This document shows, in pieces, positions 20,692 to 24,357 of a stretch of 24,357 nt of DNA. The notes under the pieces were generated by a model. It worked only from the letters and a program-made list of their open reading frames with translations. It was not told where the DNA came from and did not search any database. Position 1 is the first letter of the stretch, and each line of letters opens with the position of its first letter. Source of the DNA: Acidobacteriota bacterium. Its GTDB lineage: Bacteria > Acidobacteriota > Terriglobia > Terriglobales > Acidobacteriaceae. A program made the position numbers and the translations under genes. Location of the stretch: positions 1 to 24,357 of the forward strand of contig JAJZCX010000001.1 in the NCBI GenBank assembly GCA_021851625.1, read 5' to 3'.

Positions 20692-22476
20692 CTACTGTGC
20701 AGAAGCGGTGGAACTGGCGGCTTGAGATGCTCCACTATCCTGGCCCTGTGCGCCAGAGGTCGGCAGCTTCTGGCCTGCGTCGTATGCGCGCAGGTGGAAG
20801 AAGATGGGAGTGACCTCAAACGGCATCTTGTCGCCGGGGCTGATGATGGGAGCCGGGCGTACATTGAGCAACTCGACGGCGTCGGTCCACACATTGATGT
20901 GCAGGCGGCTGCCGAGTGGCAGTGCGGGAATCTGATTCAAGTCGGCCATGTCCAGCTTGGGCGCGCCTTGTAATAGAGCGCTCAGCCACGCCGCATCATC
21001 ACTGGGTGTGCGGAAGAGCGGATCGCCCATCTCCGGCTGCATGAGAGCGGGCAGAGCATGTGCACGACCGTCCAAGGCTTCAAAGAACAGGCCCACGTTG
21101 CCGAGCTTGTCTTTGTAGGGCGAGTTCTTCAGCAACTCGATTGCTTTCTTGGCGGCAGCATCGTTTTCTGCATCGCTGTGGTGCAGCGGCAGACGGCGCA
21201 TGGCGGCCTGGTCTTGGAACATCAGGTTGTCTGGGAAGGCAAACTCGGTGTCGATCTTATGTCCCAGCACCAAGTGCGCCAGTTGGAAGGAGAGCACTGC
21301 GGCCAAATCTTCTTCCGTGGGCAACACGTCCACCAAGCCTTTGCTGAGCACGATGGTGTTGCCGATGGTCAGCGATTCTAACGGAGTGGTGAGCATGACG
21401 CGGCACTTGATCGGCTCGGCCAGGATGATGTTATTGGTGACGATCAGGTTGTTGGTGACGGTCTCCAGCACCTTGTCAAAGTCGCTGGGGCCGGCTAGCA
21501 AGCCAGCCTGATAGAGGCGCTCCAAGATGTTCTGCTCTGCCTGATCGGCCCACATGCGCGAGGCTTGCAGCGGGCTGATATCTTCAGCGCTTTCGCTCTG
21601 ATCCTTCACGGCGTCGATCTTGACGCTCTCATTGTCGCTGGCCGCAACGGGCTGGCGGAGTGAGTAGCCCCAGATCCAGGTCTGTGCGCGGAAATAGTCG
21701 GCCTGATCAGGAACGACGCCCGGTCCGTGCTCTTCGGCGTAGACGGCGGTTGGCAGCCAGAGGCCGGGCTGCACTTCTGTGCGCCAGCTATCGAAGTGGA
21801 AGTACAGATCGTGGCCCTTGGCCGTGGTGTAGGTGCCGCTGAAACGAACAATGTTGCCTGCGCCATCCTCAATCCAAATGCGGCCAATAAAGCGGCCTGC
21901 GCCACTGCCCGGCTTGGGGGTGACATCGAACATATAGGTGCGAACGTCGCCGATGAACTCGCGGCGCACATACTTGAACGCATAGTGCTGGCGGTCAAAA
22001 TGGTTCGCGTCGAGCAGCAGCATCTGCACGAAGCCTTGTGCGACATAATCGATCTTGAAGGCTTTGGTCAGGCCGTTGACGAACATCGACGAGCCTTTGA
22101 AGAAGTTCTTTTTGGTGGAGGCTTCTTGATAGCGGTTGTCCTGAATGACGCGGCCAAAGTCAACACGACCCAGGAAGTAGCGGTCCGAGACTGGAACGGA
22201 ACTGAGTTGTAGATCTGGCTTGTAGTTTTGGATGTAGGTTTCGACGACCGGCGTGCGCTCTTGCACGGCCTTGAGCACTGCGCGTTCGTGTACGGAGGAC
22301 TGATCGATCAGCCTGAGCATCTCCGGTGTCAACTGTGCCTTGCCGTTGTCTGCGTTCTTCTTGCGGGCAAATGCAGGGGCTGTGCAAGCAAGCAGGATGC
22401 CTAGGGCGCACCCTGCCTGTCGCAACATACGCTTGGAGACGGCATTTTCAAATTGCATGATAAAGGTCCTGACCAT
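20692..22476 (-). CDS. Secreted protein: N-terminal beta-rich (LolA/MucB-like) domain + M48 peptidase-like domain with degenerate zinc motif
   Basis: Signal peptide (GILLACTAPAFA); IVLSKGLVDVLPTEEDLAAVLSFQLAHLVLGH matches the M48 helix but reads FQLAH instead of HExxH. Start uncertain (22476, 22458 or 22428). Confidence 0.75.
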   Translation of the reverse strand: MVRTFIMQFENAVSKRMLRQAGCALGILLACTAPAFARKKNADNGKAQLTPEMLRLIDQSSVHERAVLKAVQERTPVVETYIQNYKPDLQLSSVPVSDRYFLGRVDFGRVIQDNRYQEASTKKNFFKGSSMFVNGLTKAFKIDYVAQGFVQMLLLDANHFDRQHYAFKYVRREFIGDVRTYMFDVTPKPGSGAGRFIGRIWIEDGAGNIVRFSGTYTTAKGHDLYFHFDSWRTEVQPGLWLPTAVYAEEHGPGVVPDQADYFRAQTWIWGYSLRQPVAASDNESVKIDAVKDQSESAEDISPLQASRMWADQAEQNILERLYQAGLLAGPSDFDKVLETVTNNLIVTNNIILAEPIKCRVMLTTPLESLTIGNTIVLSKGLVDVLPTEEDLAAVLSFQLAHLVLGHKIDTEFAFPDNLMFQDQAAMRRLPLHHSDAENDAAAKKAIELLKNSPYKDKLGNVGLFFEALDGRAHALPALMQPEMGDPLFRTPSDDAAWLSALLQGAPKLDMADLNQIPALPLGSRLHINVWTDAVELLNVRPAPIISPGDKMPFEVTPIFFHLRAYDAGQKLPTSGAQGQDSGASQAASSTASAQ

Positions 22477-22505
22477 GAAGTCCTCAAATAAGTATTGTGT
22501 GCTGC

Positions 22506-23570
22506 TTATGCCAACTGAAAATCAATTCTGTAGTACGTTGTCATGTCGATGGCTTGGCCGTCCTTGGTGGCAGGCTTAAACCGTGTTTGCTCTGCCGCGC
22601 GAATGGCCTGTTCATCCAAACCGTGGCCCAATCCATGCACGACACGAATCACGTGCACGCTGCCATCTGCAGCAAACTTCACCTGCAGAACCACCTCACC
22701 CTGAATGTGCATCTGACGCGCTTCCTGAGTGTACTCCGGCGTGGGGTGGAAGAGAATCTGAACTTGCTGGAAATCCGCTTGGGTATTAGCAATCTTTATG
22801 CCTGTCGTTGCGGTCTTGGTGGTGAAGCCAGCCGTCTGCACCGTGCCCACCGGGCCATGTGCTGTGGCTGTTCCCGTGCCAAAGCCTGCACTGGCTACCT
22901 TACCGTGTCCTGCGCCGCCCACTTGGCCACCCGCGTAGCCGGAACCGAAGTTCACGCCCTGCACGCTGCCCGCACGCGCCATGCCCGCGCCGCTCTGCGC
23001 GCCGGTGGAGTTGCTGAAGCTGCCATAGGCTGCCACTTGGCTGTTGGTGGAGTTTGCATTGGTGTGCGCACCGCTGGTGTCACCAAATCCGCCCATCTTG
23101 GTGGATTGGTGGCCCATGTTGTTGGCCACGATCGTTGCCGTATTGGACTGGAACATGCCCACCTTGGGTTGCGGCGGCAGCGCGACGTCGATCGGCTTGT
23201 ACGGCGGCAGTACCGGTGCATTCGGCACGTCCATCTTCAACTTGGCCATGCGCGGAGCCTCTTCCACCGGTGCGTTCTGGTAGACGATCTTCGGCGCGAT
23301 GTTGTTGAGCATGTCCGGCGTCGGCGGCACAATCTGCGTCTTCGGCACAGGCTTGGGCTTGATCGGCTCCGGCTGCTTGGTCTCGACCAAGGTCAGGCTG
23401 ACCGCCTGCTTGGCAATAATCTTTTGGTGGATCGCATAGAGCGAGAGAACCATAAACAGAGCGAGTATGCACACGTTGACGATCGCACTGACCGCATATG
23501 CACCGTTCATACCCTCGGATTCTGGCAGCAGACCAAATGTTGCTTGTTGTTGCAAAGCTGGTTTCGACAT
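22506..23570 (-). CDS. TonB-family energy transducer (354 aa)
   Basis: N-terminal TM helix, Pro-rich PEPIKPKPVPK, Gly-rich linker, and TonB C-domain PEYTQEARQMHIQGEVVLQVKFAADG...GLDEQAIRAAEQTRFKPA...IDFQL. Confidence 0.9.
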   Translation of the reverse strand: MSKPALQQQATFGLLPESEGMNGAYAVSAIVNVCILALFMVLSLYAIHQKIIAKQAVSLTLVETKQPEPIKPKPVPKTQIVPPTPDMLNNIAPKIVYQNAPVEEAPRMAKLKMDVPNAPVLPPYKPIDVALPPQPKVGMFQSNTATIVANNMGHQSTKMGGFGDTSGAHTNANSTNSQVAAYGSFSNSTGAQSGAGMARAGSVQGVNFGSGYAGGQVGGAGHGKVASAGFGTGTATAHGPVGTVQTAGFTTKTATTGIKIANTQADFQQVQILFHPTPEYTQEARQMHIQGEVVLQVKFAADGSVHVIRVVHGLGHGLDEQAIRAAEQTRFKPATKDGQAIDMTTYYRIDFQLA

Positions 23571-23647
23571 AGAGCCTTAACCTCTAGAACTGTATTTTTC
23601 CTCAACCTAACGTAAAACCCCGCAGCCTGCCCGATTCTTTCCGCATT

Positions 23648-23793
23648 CCGCACCCATCGGGGCGCAACGCGTTCGCCGGTGTGCTGCCAACCGCGATCTG
23701 GAACTCTTACGGGCAGTCGCTCTGTTTATCGGCGCTGTCCACGTACTCCCTGCAAACATCACAGCCGGTGTCGCCTATTGGCAGCAACACCGG
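23648..23793 (-). ncRNA. Candidate structured 5' leader of the TonB gene (unclassified)
   Basis: Several complementary segments found by eye, including a 15-bp long-range helix and a competing local hairpin. G.U pairs favour the minus strand. No match to riboswitch cores I can recognise. Confidence 0.4.
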
Positions 23794-24224
23794 GTGCCAC
23801 CACATTTGCCCGATCCTTCTCGCCTTCGCCCTTGTTGAGACGGGGTGGAGGCAAAAAAGCAGACAACATCCTCAAATCTGCATTCGCACAACTTCTGCGC
23901 TTGCAAGTTTGCTAAAACTTCGCAACTCCACTGAAAACGTCCCATGCGACCGATCCCCACTCCGACGAGTGATGCAACGACCGAGCCGATTCCCGATGCA
24001 TGGAAATATTTCTACTGTGCCCCAAAGTATGCCACAAAACAAATCGATTGCGCTCAATTTCCGCGCACGGTACCTAGGAAGCTACTCTTCTATTGTCGAG
24101 CATAACAACTGCCGCTGAAAATTATAACTCCTTTTTAACCCTATGGGCCATGAAAAAATCCATCGAAATTACTGGAAATTTCTCCCCTGTTCCTACCGGG
24201 TATTTTGCACATTGAGCCGGATTT

Positions 24225-24255
24225 ACTTGCACCAAACGTGATGCAAGTGCACACT
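24225..24255 (+). promoter_or_regulatory. Putative galE promoter TTGCAC-N17-CACACT overlapped by inverted repeat ACTTGCA-N10-TGCAAGT
   Basis: -35 at 24227-24232, -10 at 24250-24255, palindrome arms at 24225-24231 and 24242-24248; AGAGGAG RBS at 24281-24287. Confidence 0.4.
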
Positions 24256-24294
24256 GGATGCTGGCGGGTTCACCGAATCTAGAGGAGACACAGC

Positions 24295-24357
24295 GTGCAG
24301 ATTCTTGTCACCGGGGGAGCGGGCTATATTGGCGGTACTGTGGCGCAGCGGCTGCTG
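24295..24357 (+). CDS. galE: NAD-dependent epimerase, probably UDP-glucose 4-epimerase (first 21 codons; truncated by the right edge)
   Basis: GTG start after AGAGGAG; MQILVTGGAGYIGGTVAQRLL (GGAGYIG Rossmann motif). Confidence 0.7.
   Translation, partial: MQILVTGGAGYIGGTVAQRLL

Noticed and set aside
23571-23820. Cobalamin or c-di-GMP-I riboswitch as the identity of the tonB leader
   Set aside because: CCGGTG...ACCGGCTGT and GGGCAAA look superficially similar, but the GGGAA/CCCGCAACTGT core and the GAAA-tetraloop/GACGCAAAG core are absent.
23681-24118. 145-aa ORF and other short ORFs (e.g. 24150-24215) in the tonB-galE gap
   Set aside because: No RBS, atypical codon usage and composition, no motifs, and overlap with likely regulatory elements.

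Overview
GC-rich, mostly housekeeping chromosomal segment, inferred from protein styles to come from an Acidobacteriota (Terriglobia-like) genome. Left to right: a truncated low-GC secreted-protein gene; a minus-strand lysine/DAP operon (asd-lysC-dapB-dapA-dapD); a lipoprotein with an amicyanin-like type-1 copper motif that is translationally coupled to nrdR; a Cu(I) P1B-ATPase; a class A penicillin-binding protein broken by a single-base frameshift exactly at its KTG motif; proS; a KpsF/GutQ isomerase; a plus-strand TlpA / stand-alone DsbD-N / M29 aminopeptidase cluster; gltX; an outer-membrane beta-barrel; a secreted M48-like protein with a degenerate HExxH; a TonB-family protein; a ~720-bp divergent intergenic region; and the first 21 codons of a galE-like gene. 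Two intergenic clusters of GTCAT...ATGAC palindromic doublets (REP/MITE-like) lie at 14111-14429 and 18129-18380. I found no CRISPR array, tRNA, rRNA, transposase or phage gene, and no complete novel system is proven. The best leads are a structured tonB leader with mutually exclusive helices, the palindromic repeat family, the blue-copper lipoprotein beside copA, the pseudo-M48/TonB/OMP module and the PBP frameshift.
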